Shown here: positions 39,596-48,614 of the stretch, piece by piece
How the letters are laid out: each line of letters begins with the position of its first letter
Position numbering within the stretch: position 1 is the first letter of the stretch
Origin: Promethearchaeota archaeon
GTDB taxonomy: Archaea > Asgardarchaeota > Lokiarchaeia > Sigyniarchaeales > SOKP01
Assembly: GCA_048939995.1 (NCBI GenBank)
Contig: JBHLOY010000002.1
Span: 192,001 to 256,000, forward strand
Direction: 5' to 3'
DNA length: 64,000 nucleotides
Position numbers and translations under genes: made by a program
The notes under the pieces: generated by a model
Seen by the model: only the letters and a program-made list of their open reading frames with translations
What the model was told of the DNA's origin: nothing
The model's database searches: none

Positions 39596-40366
39596 ATGAA
39601 TAGAAATAACCTATCTAAATTGATTCTCTTAACCTTTCTGATGTTCGCTATTTTCAGTTTTATACCAGTAGTTGCAGCAAGCTCAGGTAATGCAACCAAA
39701 AGACCATTAGATGATTGGTTAGATCCGAATTACGCTGCTTTCCCGTGGGGCGAAGAAAATTGGGCTTTTTATGACTTTTGGAGCCCTTATTCTGGTTTAG
39801 TGACGAAGATGGGGTTACCTTGGCCTTTGGCTGGCTTCGGCCCATTTGTTAACGACATGATATACGAAAATAGTTTAGTAATAGGAGATACTATAATTGA
39901 TGGTAATATTAAAGAACGAGCATTAAACGATGGAACTGCTTTAATAACCCTGCAATTAAATGTGAAAAACGCTCCATGTTCAGTTTATGATTACTTCGAT
40001 TTTATTCTTTACTGTCTTGGGGCTGCTCCTTACCCTCAAGCCGTATTGGGAGATGGAATTGATGGGTATATCGATTATACCGTGTTAGTTAAATTTTATA
40101 TCCCTGAACCTGGAGCAGAGCTACCAAATGTATTTGATATGTGGTATTATTATGTCTCGATTAATATTCACGGTATTGGTTATGGAACATTAACAGAACG
40201 TGCAGTTGAGCTCGGTTTTGCCGAAACTGCTGGTGCACCAGGAATGGTAGAACTTCATCACATAGCCCTTTTTAAGCCTGATTTCAAAGAAACTCATCCT
40301 AAATATGATCCATTTTATGGTGATTTATGGCCAGTTGACTCCGTTGAAGTTTATGAATTGAGTTAG
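39596..40366 (+). CDS. secreted protein of unknown family (paralog of 43681)
   Basis: Signal peptide; RPLDDW, NVKNAP, HGxGxGT, HPxY, LWxVD shared with 43681. Confidence 0.8.
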   Translation: MNRNNLSKLILLTFLMFAIFSFIPVVAASSGNATKRPLDDWLDPNYAAFPWGEENWAFYDFWSPYSGLVTKMGLPWPLAGFGPFVNDMIYENSLVIGDTIIDGNIKERALNDGTALITLQLNVKNAPCSVYDYFDFILYCLGAAPYPQAVLGDGIDGYIDYTVLVKFYIPEPGAELPNVFDMWYYYVSINIHGIGYGTLTERAVELGFAETAGAPGMVELHHIALFKPDFKETHPKYDPFYGDLWPVDSVEVYELS

Positions 40367-40422
40367 AAGCAGATTAATGGAGAGAAATACCAAGTGAGGG
40401 TTGAAATTTTTAAATAATAATA

Positions 40423-40508
40423 TAGAACAAGGAGGAAAAAGATTAGAATAATGGCTTCTCGAATGACCACATCCAAACCACTATTCCTCCATTCTTTTTT
40501 TTTTTTTT
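40423..40508 (+). terminator. conserved 3' hairpin plus T-tract, copy 2
   Basis: tagaa-caa-ggaggaa...ttcctcc-a-ttct then long T run. Confidence 0.62.
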
Positions 40509-40643
40509 AAAATATTCTTTTTAATTTTTGCTTCTTTTTAGATTCTGATAAAATTATATCTTAAATCTGATTATCATAGACAGAAAAGTTTAAAAATAGA
40601 ATCAACTAATCTTCAAGTTATACATAAATGTGAATTCTATTAA

Positions 40644-42356
40644 ATGATTAAAATGATAGAAAAAGCTTCTTCTAAAAAAAGATTTCCTAATATCAAAGAA
40701 TTCAAGAAAATAATCATAGTTGGAGGGTCAATAATAAGCTTAGCGATAGTTGGGATTATAAGTGGAATTATTATTATGGGAGATATCCCGCAAGGAGGTA
40801 TTCTTAAAGTAGGTATAACTAAACCTATTGGAGAAATTGACCCTCTTATGTATAGCTTTTCTTCAGAAGAAATAGTAATTAATCATGTTACCGAGACGTT
40901 ATTTGATAATATTTATATAGGTGGTAAATCTCAAACTCTTCCTCATCTAGCATTAGATGGAAATTGGAGTTCGGACTACCTAAATTTCACATGCACACTT
41001 AGAAAGAATGTCATGTTCCATGACGGAACGCCATTTAATGCTGCAGCCGTTAAATGGAACTTCGATAGAATTCCTCAAATTATCGATCCATCACTTCCAG
41101 ATTGGTATTGGTGGGCTTACCTATTTCTTTTACCAGATGGGCGCTGGATTGTAAATAAAACTCTAGTCTTAGATTCCCATATTGTAAAATTTGTTTTAAA
41201 TGATGTTTTTGTACCTTTTCGAGAATTATTAACTCATAGTACTACAAGTATTTTATCACCATCATCAACCCCTGCGGATAAACCCCTAAATATACACATT
41301 GATAATTTAGTTGGAACCGGTCCTTTTATATATGATGGTTATGAACCTAATGTCAATATGTCATTATCTCCTAATCAGAATTACTGGGGAGCAAAACCTA
41401 AAATTGATGAGGTAATTTTAAAGTTTTATTCTCCAACTAATCGTACTAATCGTATTAATATTTTATGGAATGCGCTTTTAGCAGGAGAAATTCATATAGT
41501 AGACCGAGATTTTATTAAGTTTTTAATAATGTACTATCCAGACCGATCTATCGAACTCCTTAAAGGAGTTGCAGGAATTACAGTTCAACAAAAGCCTACT
41601 ATAAGCAATTATTATGTTTTTTTTTATCCTAAACTTGTTAATAGTACAATGAGAAAGGCAATATCTTATGCAATTAACTATTCTAATATACTTGAAATAG
41701 TTCCTAACTCTATAACAGCCAGATCCCCAATTCCAGAAGGTATCTCTTACTCTAACATTACTGGTATTGACATTCCTTATTATAACATTTCAAAGGCGAG
41801 ACAGATGTTAATTGACGAAGGTTGGCCTGGAACAGCGGGTTTAACGGCAAATGACAATATTACAGCAGGAAACGAATGGGAACAATTAGTAACTAATGGA
41901 TCCCCTCTTGCAATATATAATTTATCTTATTATACAGAGAATCCATACAATGAATTACCACCAATTCCTTTTCCAGAAAATCTTAAACAAATTGGAGTCA
42001 ATGTATCATGTCGATCAATTTGGAGTGGTGCTCCGTCTCAACTTGAAACATTAATGTGGATGTATGACTATAACGATCCACACACTGGTATTATGATGGA
42101 TTATCATTCAAAATGGACTTTATGGACCGACTTTAATGTTAGTGTATTAGATGAATTGATAGAAGAAGGAATTAAGGAGATAAACCCTGTTTTAAGAGAA
42201 GCGATATACTATAATATTCAAAAACTTATAATCGAGGAAATTTGTCCTGTTATATTTACTCTCTCTCCACGAAATTTAGATATATATGCATCAAATTTAA
42301 TGGACTGGCAAATTTATCCATTCAAAATAGTATTTAAAACAGTTCACTTCGTCTAA
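40644..42356 (+). CDS. family-5 solute-binding protein; copy 3
   Basis: LRKNVMFHDGTPFNA, VGTGPF, NYWG, MRKAISYA. Confidence 0.9.
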   Translation: MIKMIEKASSKKRFPNIKEFKKIIIVGGSIISLAIVGIISGIIIMGDIPQGGILKVGITKPIGEIDPLMYSFSSEEIVINHVTETLFDNIYIGGKSQTLPHLALDGNWSSDYLNFTCTLRKNVMFHDGTPFNAAAVKWNFDRIPQIIDPSLPDWYWWAYLFLLPDGRWIVNKTLVLDSHIVKFVLNDVFVPFRELLTHSTTSILSPSSTPADKPLNIHIDNLVGTGPFIYDGYEPNVNMSLSPNQNYWGAKPKIDEVILKFYSPTNRTNRINILWNALLAGEIHIVDRDFIKFLIMYYPDRSIELLKGVAGITVQQKPTISNYYVFFYPKLVNSTMRKAISYAINYSNILEIVPNSITARSPIPEGISYSNITGIDIPYYNISKARQMLIDEGWPGTAGLTANDNITAGNEWEQLVTNGSPLAIYNLSYYTENPYNELPPIPFPENLKQIGVNVSCRSIWSGAPSQLETLMWMYDYNDPHTGIMMDYHSKWTLWTDFNVSVLDELIEEGIKEINPVLREAIYYNIQKLIIEEICPVIFTLSPRNLDIYASNLMDWQIYPFKIVFKTVHFV

Positions 42357-42417
42357 TATATGCCAAGCACATTGGTCTAAAAAACCATAAAAAAATTAAA
42401 AAATTTTTAACATAAAT

Positions 42418-43467
42418 TTATTCAATATAGGGTATACTTGTCAGATCCATGTCAAAATTTCCCTCTAGGATTTCAAACCTGATATTGTAATAATACTTAA
42501 CGATGTTAAGTAGTAAATCATCTGATGTAAAATAAAAAATACCCTCATATGTAGTATGTGCAATACGATTGAAATCAAAACCCTTTACAAGCGGACAGAT
42601 CAGACCAGGAACCTGCAATACACAAGTAGGAAATCCACTTTTATCCATGAATTCCCCTCCGTAGGGAATTTCAAGCATTGCACCAATATCAGCGCTACTA
42701 TCCTCATAAAGAACAAATATCTCTCCATTATTAACTTTGAATATCCCTGTTATGTTAGCACCAATATCTCTATATTGAAGAACTTCAATATCTATATTAC
42801 CCTCTCTAATGTTTATGTCCCAACTACTATTTTGAGCATATTGTACATCATTTGACTTGAAAATTAAATTTCCATCATTTATATTTCCAATTATGTTTCC
42901 TTGAATTGAACAGTGCTCAAAATTATACAAAATATTTCCATTGGAGACGTTTGTTAATAAATCTCTAAAGGAAACGCCATAAGGAATAGTTATTTCAAAG
43001 TTTCCTTTAGTTAGATTGGTAATAATATCAAATACAATATCTTTTCTAATATTTACAACGATGCTTATTTCTTTCTTTAACCAATATAGTGGATTAAACC
43101 AATCATCTGATATTATCTCCATTCTAAAATCTACTGGAAAACTTGAATTGTTCCAAGAAATGTTTAAATAATCATTGTACGATTGACCTGCTAAATTTTC
43201 CCCAATCAAGGCAATATTTACGTCTATTAACACGTAATAATCAACTGGGGGATCAATATATCTTATTTCTACATTTCCCTCATCAGCGTTAATGTACAAC
43301 TTTTCAATAGATGCTGGTGAGCTTGGTTCATAAGTAAAAGAACAAGATTCGTAAATATGGTCATACAATGAAGACCTGAATGATAATAATTGGATTGGAA
43401 TAATTATTATAAGGGAACCCCATAAAATAACCAATATAGCTACTCCAATAACAATTTTTTTCGCCAT
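42418..43467 (-). CDS. membrane-anchored DUF4097-like surface protein
   Basis: IEKLYINADEGNVEIRY and repeated GN turns; paralog of 26945 and 31685. Confidence 0.75.
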   Translation of the reverse strand: MAKKIVIGVAILVILWGSLIIIIPIQLLSFRSSLYDHIYESCSFTYEPSSPASIEKLYINADEGNVEIRYIDPPVDYYVLIDVNIALIGENLAGQSYNDYLNISWNNSSFPVDFRMEIISDDWFNPLYWLKKEISIVVNIRKDIVFDIITNLTKGNFEITIPYGVSFRDLLTNVSNGNILYNFEHCSIQGNIIGNINDGNLIFKSNDVQYAQNSSWDINIREGNIDIEVLQYRDIGANITGIFKVNNGEIFVLYEDSSADIGAMLEIPYGGEFMDKSGFPTCVLQVPGLICPLVKGFDFNRIAHTTYEGIFYFTSDDLLLNIVKYYYNIRFEILEGNFDMDLTSIPYIE

Positions 43468-43587
43468 TTTTAAATCTATTAATTACAAACAATTAATTCT
43501 ACAATCAATTAGATAAGGTAATTATCTATTTAAATTAATCCCTCAACACTTTTTTTTTTTGACCCTAAAACAGTACAAATTTTAAAA

Positions 43588-43628
43588 TTCGAACTTTGCG
43601 CGAAGTTTCAAAGTCAAATCTAAAAATA
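43588..43628 (+). promoter_or_regulatory. operator copy F plus TCTAAAAATA box
   Basis: ttcgaactttgcgcgaagtttcaaa-gtcaaa-tctaaaaata. Confidence 0.82.
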
Positions 43629-43680
43629 AGATTGTCGACCAAATATCAATCACAGCAATTTAAAAAAAAAGTGAAATCAA

Positions 43681-44478
43681 ATGAACAAAACATATAGAGG
43701 ACTTTTATCAATAACATGTTTAGCAATTTTTGGGATTTTAATCATGGGCGCTATACCAGCAGTACAGGGAGCCTCTTCGATTCAAAGGCCACTTGATGAT
43801 TGGTTTTATGATGTCTTTGGTTTCGATATGAATTATCATGTAGGAGGTTGGGTTGATGGATATCAGGTAAGACCTCAAGGCATAGATTATGATACGACTA
43901 CTGATGAGTGGATCTATCAACCGATTTGGGAATGTACATATGATGGCTATATCCTTGATAGAGATATGCATGATGGCCGACATATGATTACAGTTAATAT
44001 TAACGTCAAAAATGCTCCAGTTATCGTTGCTCCACCTTTTGGGAGTGGAGGATACTATTGGGTCTTCCAAGGTACTATGAATTATAATTATGAATATAAA
44101 TTCATAGTAGATCTAGCAGAATGGGCTTGGTGGTTGATTTTTTTGGAATTTGATGATGATGGCTTTGATGAAAATGGAAATATCCTGTTACCTAGATGGG
44201 ATATACCTATGGTTTATGGCTCAATCTTCGGATTTGAATTCATTTCAGTGCATTTTCATGGCGAAGGAGAAGGAACAATAGTCAATTACTGGGATGAATC
44301 CTGGGTGGGAAATGGAGATCGTATTTGGGAACCAGATGAATCAGCAAAATTGAGTACCAATATGCTTGGACTTGTAAAGGATGATTTTAAACTAGATCAT
44401 CCCAATTATTGGCCCTCTGAATATTCTAGTATACCTTGGAGTGTATTATGGGCAGTTGACTTTGTAAAATTACATTAA
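43681..44478 (+). CDS. secreted protein of unknown family (paralog of 39596)
   Basis: Signal peptide; acidic and aromatic-rich; motifs shared with 39596. Confidence 0.8.
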   Translation: MNKTYRGLLSITCLAIFGILIMGAIPAVQGASSIQRPLDDWFYDVFGFDMNYHVGGWVDGYQVRPQGIDYDTTTDEWIYQPIWECTYDGYILDRDMHDGRHMITVNINVKNAPVIVAPPFGSGGYYWVFQGTMNYNYEYKFIVDLAEWAWWLIFLEFDDDGFDENGNILLPRWDIPMVYGSIFGFEFISVHFHGEGEGTIVNYWDESWVGNGDRIWEPDESAKLSTNMLGLVKDDFKLDHPNYWPSEYSSIPWSVLWAVDFVKLH

Positions 44479-44508
44479 ATTGCTAAAAGAAATTGCTTTC
44501 AATATTAT

Positions 44509-44594
44509 ATATAGAACTGGAGGATTATGACTAAAGAGAGGGCGTTCCAAGAGACTTTATTATAATTCCTCCTTTTCTATATTCCTTTTTTTTT
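44509..44594 (+). terminator. conserved 3' hairpin plus T-tract, copy 3
   Basis: atatagaa-ct-ggagga-ttatga...ttataat-tcctcc-tt-ttctatat then T9. Confidence 0.7.
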
Positions 44595-44630
44595 CTATGT
44601 AAGATAAATTTAATATGTTAAGTTAAATAA

Positions 44631-45182
44631 TTGAAATTGATGATACATATTACTTATTTCGTTCATGGTACTTCTATTCATAACAAGAAAGGAATAGTTG
44701 CTGGATGGAAGGGTAGTAAACTTTCTAATAAAGGTAAAAAACAAGCAAAAAAATTAGGATTTTTAGTATCTGATAAAAAATTTGATGTAATTTTTAGCTC
44801 AGATTTAACAAGAGCTATTGAAACCGCTAAATTAGTCTTCTCGAATAAATACAGTATAATTGAAGACAAAAGGTTACGAGAAATTAATTTTGGAGATTAT
44901 ACCAATTTAAGAGTTGCACTATTAAAACCTAAACAAATTAATTATATAGATAATCCGTTTCCTTCTGGTGAAAGCTATAAGGATGTAGAAACCAGGATGG
45001 CAGATTTTCTTAATTTTTTAAAAAATGATTATCAAAATAAACATGTAGTTATTGTGGCACACCAAGCACCCCAGTTAGCTTTAGAAGTGTTATTAAATAA
45101 TAAAACTTGGATTCAAGCCTTCAATGAAGATTGGAGAGTTAAAGGGGAATGGCAACCAGGGTGGGAATATATAATTAATTAA
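44631..45182 (+). CDS. histidine phosphatase (PGM) family protein
   Basis: FVHG, SSDLTRA.ETA, LREINFG, GESY, VAH. Confidence 0.88.
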   Translation: MKLMIHITYFVHGTSIHNKKGIVAGWKGSKLSNKGKKQAKKLGFLVSDKKFDVIFSSDLTRAIETAKLVFSNKYSIIEDKRLREINFGDYTNLRVALLKPKQINYIDNPFPSGESYKDVETRMADFLNFLKNDYQNKHVVIVAHQAPQLALEVLLNNKTWIQAFNEDWRVKGEWQPGWEYIIN

Positions 45183-45205
45183 TGATCTTTCTTTTTGATG
45201 ATTTT

Positions 45206-46156
45206 TTAGATATTGAATCCATCGTCAAAATCATCAAACTCATCCTCATCGATTTCAACATCAAATCTCTCTACTTCCTTTTCTTTAAGCTTTTTCTTAA
45301 GTTCTCTTCGTTCTTTGTGGGTTTGATCATAACGTTTAATGTAGACTTTTTCATATTTTTCCCGTAGTTTCTCTACACTCTCAACTTGTCCAATTTTATC
45401 TTGTAATCCATCTTCAAAAAACCAATTCCTTTTAAATTCTTTAGCTGGAATCCCAACATAAATATAATTGTCTTTTAGTATTTGCCCTACTGTTGTAACT
45501 GAATTAGCTGCTAGTACACTTCGTTTTCCAATATGAGTTCCTGGCATTACTATTGCATGTGAACCGATTCTGACATCATCTTCGATTACAGTCTTGCGAA
45601 TAATTAGTAAATTGCCTATAATAACGCTAGATTGGATTATAGCCCCTTGACCAACAACGCAATTCTTTCCGAACTCTATAAATTCTGTATCCACCCAACC
45701 TTCAAAGAGCGAATTTGAAAACTTGGTTTTAACAGAGAAGACTTTAAAACAAACATTATCTAAAAAGGGGAACGGAAATTTATGTGCCAACCAAAAAGGA
45801 AATCTCTTAATTGTGCTTCTCAGGCTCCAATAACGATAGTCTTTATCAGATCGATGCCTAAGGAAAGTCCCTTGACGTGGTTTATGAATTGCATTTACTA
45901 TTACAAGAATAATTTTTGCAAAAAAGATAGCAGAAAATACCGCAGTAACATACATAACAAAACATAAGAGTGGTAAAAAAGTATAGAAATGAATTGGTCT
46001 TACATAATCCCATAACCATTGCCAATATGCCCAAAATTCAAGCAAAATTGGCAAAATTGAAGCCCAAATTATAATAATATAAAATGTTAAATATCGTTTC
46101 TTCACTAAAACCGTCGGTAAGAACGGCCCTACCCTCATCGTATTCGGAACTGACAT
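45206..46156 (-). CDS. TM + left-handed beta-helix acyltransferase-like protein, module C
   Basis: Two TMs, HKP..G.F.R...D.DYRYW, hexapeptide repeats, Y.GIPA. Confidence 0.82.
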   Translation of the reverse strand: MSVPNTMRVGPFLPTVLVKKRYLTFYIIIIWASILPILLEFWAYWQWLWDYVRPIHFYTFLPLLCFVMYVTAVFSAIFFAKIILVIVNAIHKPRQGTFLRHRSDKDYRYWSLRSTIKRFPFWLAHKFPFPFLDNVCFKVFSVKTKFSNSLFEGWVDTEFIEFGKNCVVGQGAIIQSSVIIGNLLIIRKTVIEDDVRIGSHAIVMPGTHIGKRSVLAANSVTTVGQILKDNYIYVGIPAKEFKRNWFFEDGLQDKIGQVESVEKLREKYEKVYIKRYDQTHKERRELKKKLKEKEVERFDVEIDEDEFDDFDDGFNI

Positions 46157-46162
46157 ACTTTT

Positions 46163-48055
46163 TCAATCCTCCTTTGTTTTTACTAACTTAAGTTTATCCT
46201 CATCAATATTTACATCATGCTCTACTTCAAACTTCTCAGAATCGTCAACTTCTCTCTTTATTATGATATCCCGTCGTTCTTCAGCATATTTGTTCTCTTT
46301 CAACTTAATTGCTGGAATTCCAAAATATACCCATGCAGGTTCTAGAATTTGATTGACTGTGGTACTTGAAATTGCACCGATGACAGAATCATTCCCCATA
46401 ATTGTTCCTGGGGCTATAGTTGTATGGCCACCCACTAAGACGTAATCTCCAAATATTACCGGCTTTACAATTAAATATTTGCCAACAATCATCGAGGACA
46501 TGATTGTAGCACCTTGACCTATCAAATTCTTTCTTCCAAATGTGATAAATTCACCATCACACCACGCATCATTAAGATGACTCGAGAAATCCATTTTAGT
46601 ACCAAACCATCTAAATGCTAGTACATCTAACCAAGGAAGTGGAGAATTTCTTAAAAGCCACAAAGCAATTTTCTTTAATTCTGTACGAAGAAGCCAAAAT
46701 TCATAGTCCATATCTCTGAGTTGAGCCAGAAAGATTCCCTCCTTAGGATGGTGGATTAGATTTACAAGAATTAATAATAATTTGCTAAAAAGTAAAACTC
46801 CAAGAATAAATATGTATGACATAAAAAGAATTGCTATTGGAAGATATAAAAGTGAGTTTATATGAAAATCATATAGATATAAATGCCATCCTTTTGTTAA
46901 TTCATACCAAAACAAGCAAATAAACAGGCCTGTCAACCATAAGATTGGCAAGTATACTGCTAAGAATTTAATATTGACTCTACTTATTGCACTTGTTGTA
47001 GTAAAATCCAAAGCAAGATCTTCACTTTTTAGATTATCAATATCAATATGTTCAAGATCATCAACATCATGCAATTCTTCTTCTAAGTCTTCCTCTTCTT
47101 CAAATTCCTCTACTTTGATAAGAGATTCTTTTTCATTTTCTTTCATTTTTTCTTTTTTCTTTTTCTTGATATAATTTTCTGGATTTTCGTTTTTTATTAA
47201 ATCTTCTTCAGTTAACCCTAACCAATTCATAATCTTTTTCTTAAAAATCTTTCTCAGAGGAAGACCAAAATAATAATTGTTTTCTCCCTTGAGAACGCTA
47301 TGTGCATTAGTAGATGACAATGGAAGTAAATAAGCATCGCTTTTAATCTCAGAACCTGGTCCAATCTGATTCATAGCAGCAAGAGTAACATTGTCTCGCA
47401 AATAAATTCGAAAATAATTAATATTACCAAATATTCCAGTAAGAATGTGACTAGCTAATGTCGAATTAACTCCTATATAGCAGTTTTTGCCCACGTCTAT
47501 AAACTTATCGGACCCTACCGACTCTTCTATTGTTGTACCCTTCCCTACCTTAGAATCAATCTGCCTAAGATACCACTTTGATATCCAAGGAAATGCTCCT
47601 TTATTAAAAACATTTTTCCCGTATTTATAAATAAAACTCCTTAAATGGTAATAGTTTGCAGTTTTACTCTTAATATTTCTGGGGATAATCCCATCTTTTG
47701 AAGGAGAAATCTTTTCTGTAATTGCCCAAAAAATTCGTGTGATGATTCCTATCAAAAGTAACCTAACCAAATAGCAGGCTATTATGACTAAGGGCATACA
47801 TAATAGAGAAAGTAAAGGTCCTAACTCCGTAAATATGGAAATGAAATTAGCCGTTTCCAAAAAATTAGGGAGAAAAATGAAGAGAACATAAGCAAAGAAT
47901 ATGAAGCCGGGTACTAGCCAAGAACCATAATAAATAATTAAAAAAATCGTAATATAGAGATGAAATTGAAGGCTAACTTCTTCCTTAACCACTTCTTCTT
48001 CATTATTATTATCTGAATCTTCATTCTTTCCTGAATCTTCAGACATTGTTTTCAT
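46163..48055 (-). CDS. fused TM-LbH modules A+B
   Basis: Two TM+hexapeptide units joined by an acidic linker. Confidence 0.82.
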   Translation of the reverse strand: MKTMSEDSGKNEDSDNNNEEEVVKEEVSLQFHLYITIFLIIYYGSWLVPGFIFFAYVLFIFLPNFLETANFISIFTELGPLLSLLCMPLVIIACYLVRLLLIGIITRIFWAITEKISPSKDGIIPRNIKSKTANYYHLRSFIYKYGKNVFNKGAFPWISKWYLRQIDSKVGKGTTIEESVGSDKFIDVGKNCYIGVNSTLASHILTGIFGNINYFRIYLRDNVTLAAMNQIGPGSEIKSDAYLLPLSSTNAHSVLKGENNYYFGLPLRKIFKKKIMNWLGLTEEDLIKNENPENYIKKKKKEKMKENEKESLIKVEEFEEEEDLEEELHDVDDLEHIDIDNLKSEDLALDFTTTSAISRVNIKFLAVYLPILWLTGLFICLFWYELTKGWHLYLYDFHINSLLYLPIAILFMSYIFILGVLLFSKLLLILVNLIHHPKEGIFLAQLRDMDYEFWLLRTELKKIALWLLRNSPLPWLDVLAFRWFGTKMDFSSHLNDAWCDGEFITFGRKNLIGQGATIMSSMIVGKYLIVKPVIFGDYVLVGGHTTIAPGTIMGNDSVIGAISSTTVNQILEPAWVYFGIPAIKLKENKYAEERRDIIIKREVDDSEKFEVEHDVNIDEDKLKLVKTKED

Positions 48056-48209
48056 CTGATTTAAGTTTGAAATGTATAAATAAATTGGTAATTAATTTTT
48101 ACTTAAAATTACTACACTATATTTATAATAGTTATTTTTTTTATCTTTTAAAGTTATATGTGTTAACATTTTCATGATTTTTTTGGATTTATAATAAGTT
48201 TCATCTGGA

Positions 48210-48614
48210 ATGAACATGAAAAGCATGAAAGAAATATGTAAAAATTGTGGAATCTGTTGTCAGAACACAGAAATGTTGTTATCAGAACAAGACATTCGGT
48301 TAATTGAAGAGAAATTGTTGAATATAACTAGAAATGATTTTACAGAATTAAATGAAAGAGGAATGCATCAATTAAAAAATAAAAATAGTCATTGTGTCTT
48401 TTTGGATAATAGCTCAAAAATGTGTACTATATACAAAATCAGACCCCAAGGTTGCAGATTTTATCCCATAGTATATGACTATAATAAAAAAGTGTGCCTT
48501 TATGATAGAGACTGCCCAAGGGTTAAAAAATTTTACTTAGATGACTATAAATTCAAAAAAGTATGCGAAAAAATTAAAAATTTTATTAAATCGGGATTAA
48601 AAGTTAAATTATAA
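48210..48614 (+). CDS. YkgJ family zinc/Fe-S cysteine cluster protein
   Basis: CKNCGICC, CVFLD, CTIY..RP..CR.YP. Confidence 0.88.
   Translation: MNMKSMKEICKNCGICCQNTEMLLSEQDIRLIEEKLLNITRNDFTELNERGMHQLKNKNSHCVFLDNSSKMCTIYKIRPQGCRFYPIVYDYNKKVCLYDRDCPRVKKFYLDDYKFKKVCEKIKNFIKSGLKVKL

Noticed and set aside
28056-43628. Operator repeats as CRISPR repeats or transposon ends
   Set aside because: Dispersed, degenerate, no regular spacers, no cas or transposase/integrase gene in the window; fixed position before TATA-like boxes fits operators better
44528-44566. Short peptides after GGAGG inside the 3' hairpins (MTKERAFQETLL here; MASRMTT... at about 40451)
   Set aside because: Not conserved between copies and absent from copy 1
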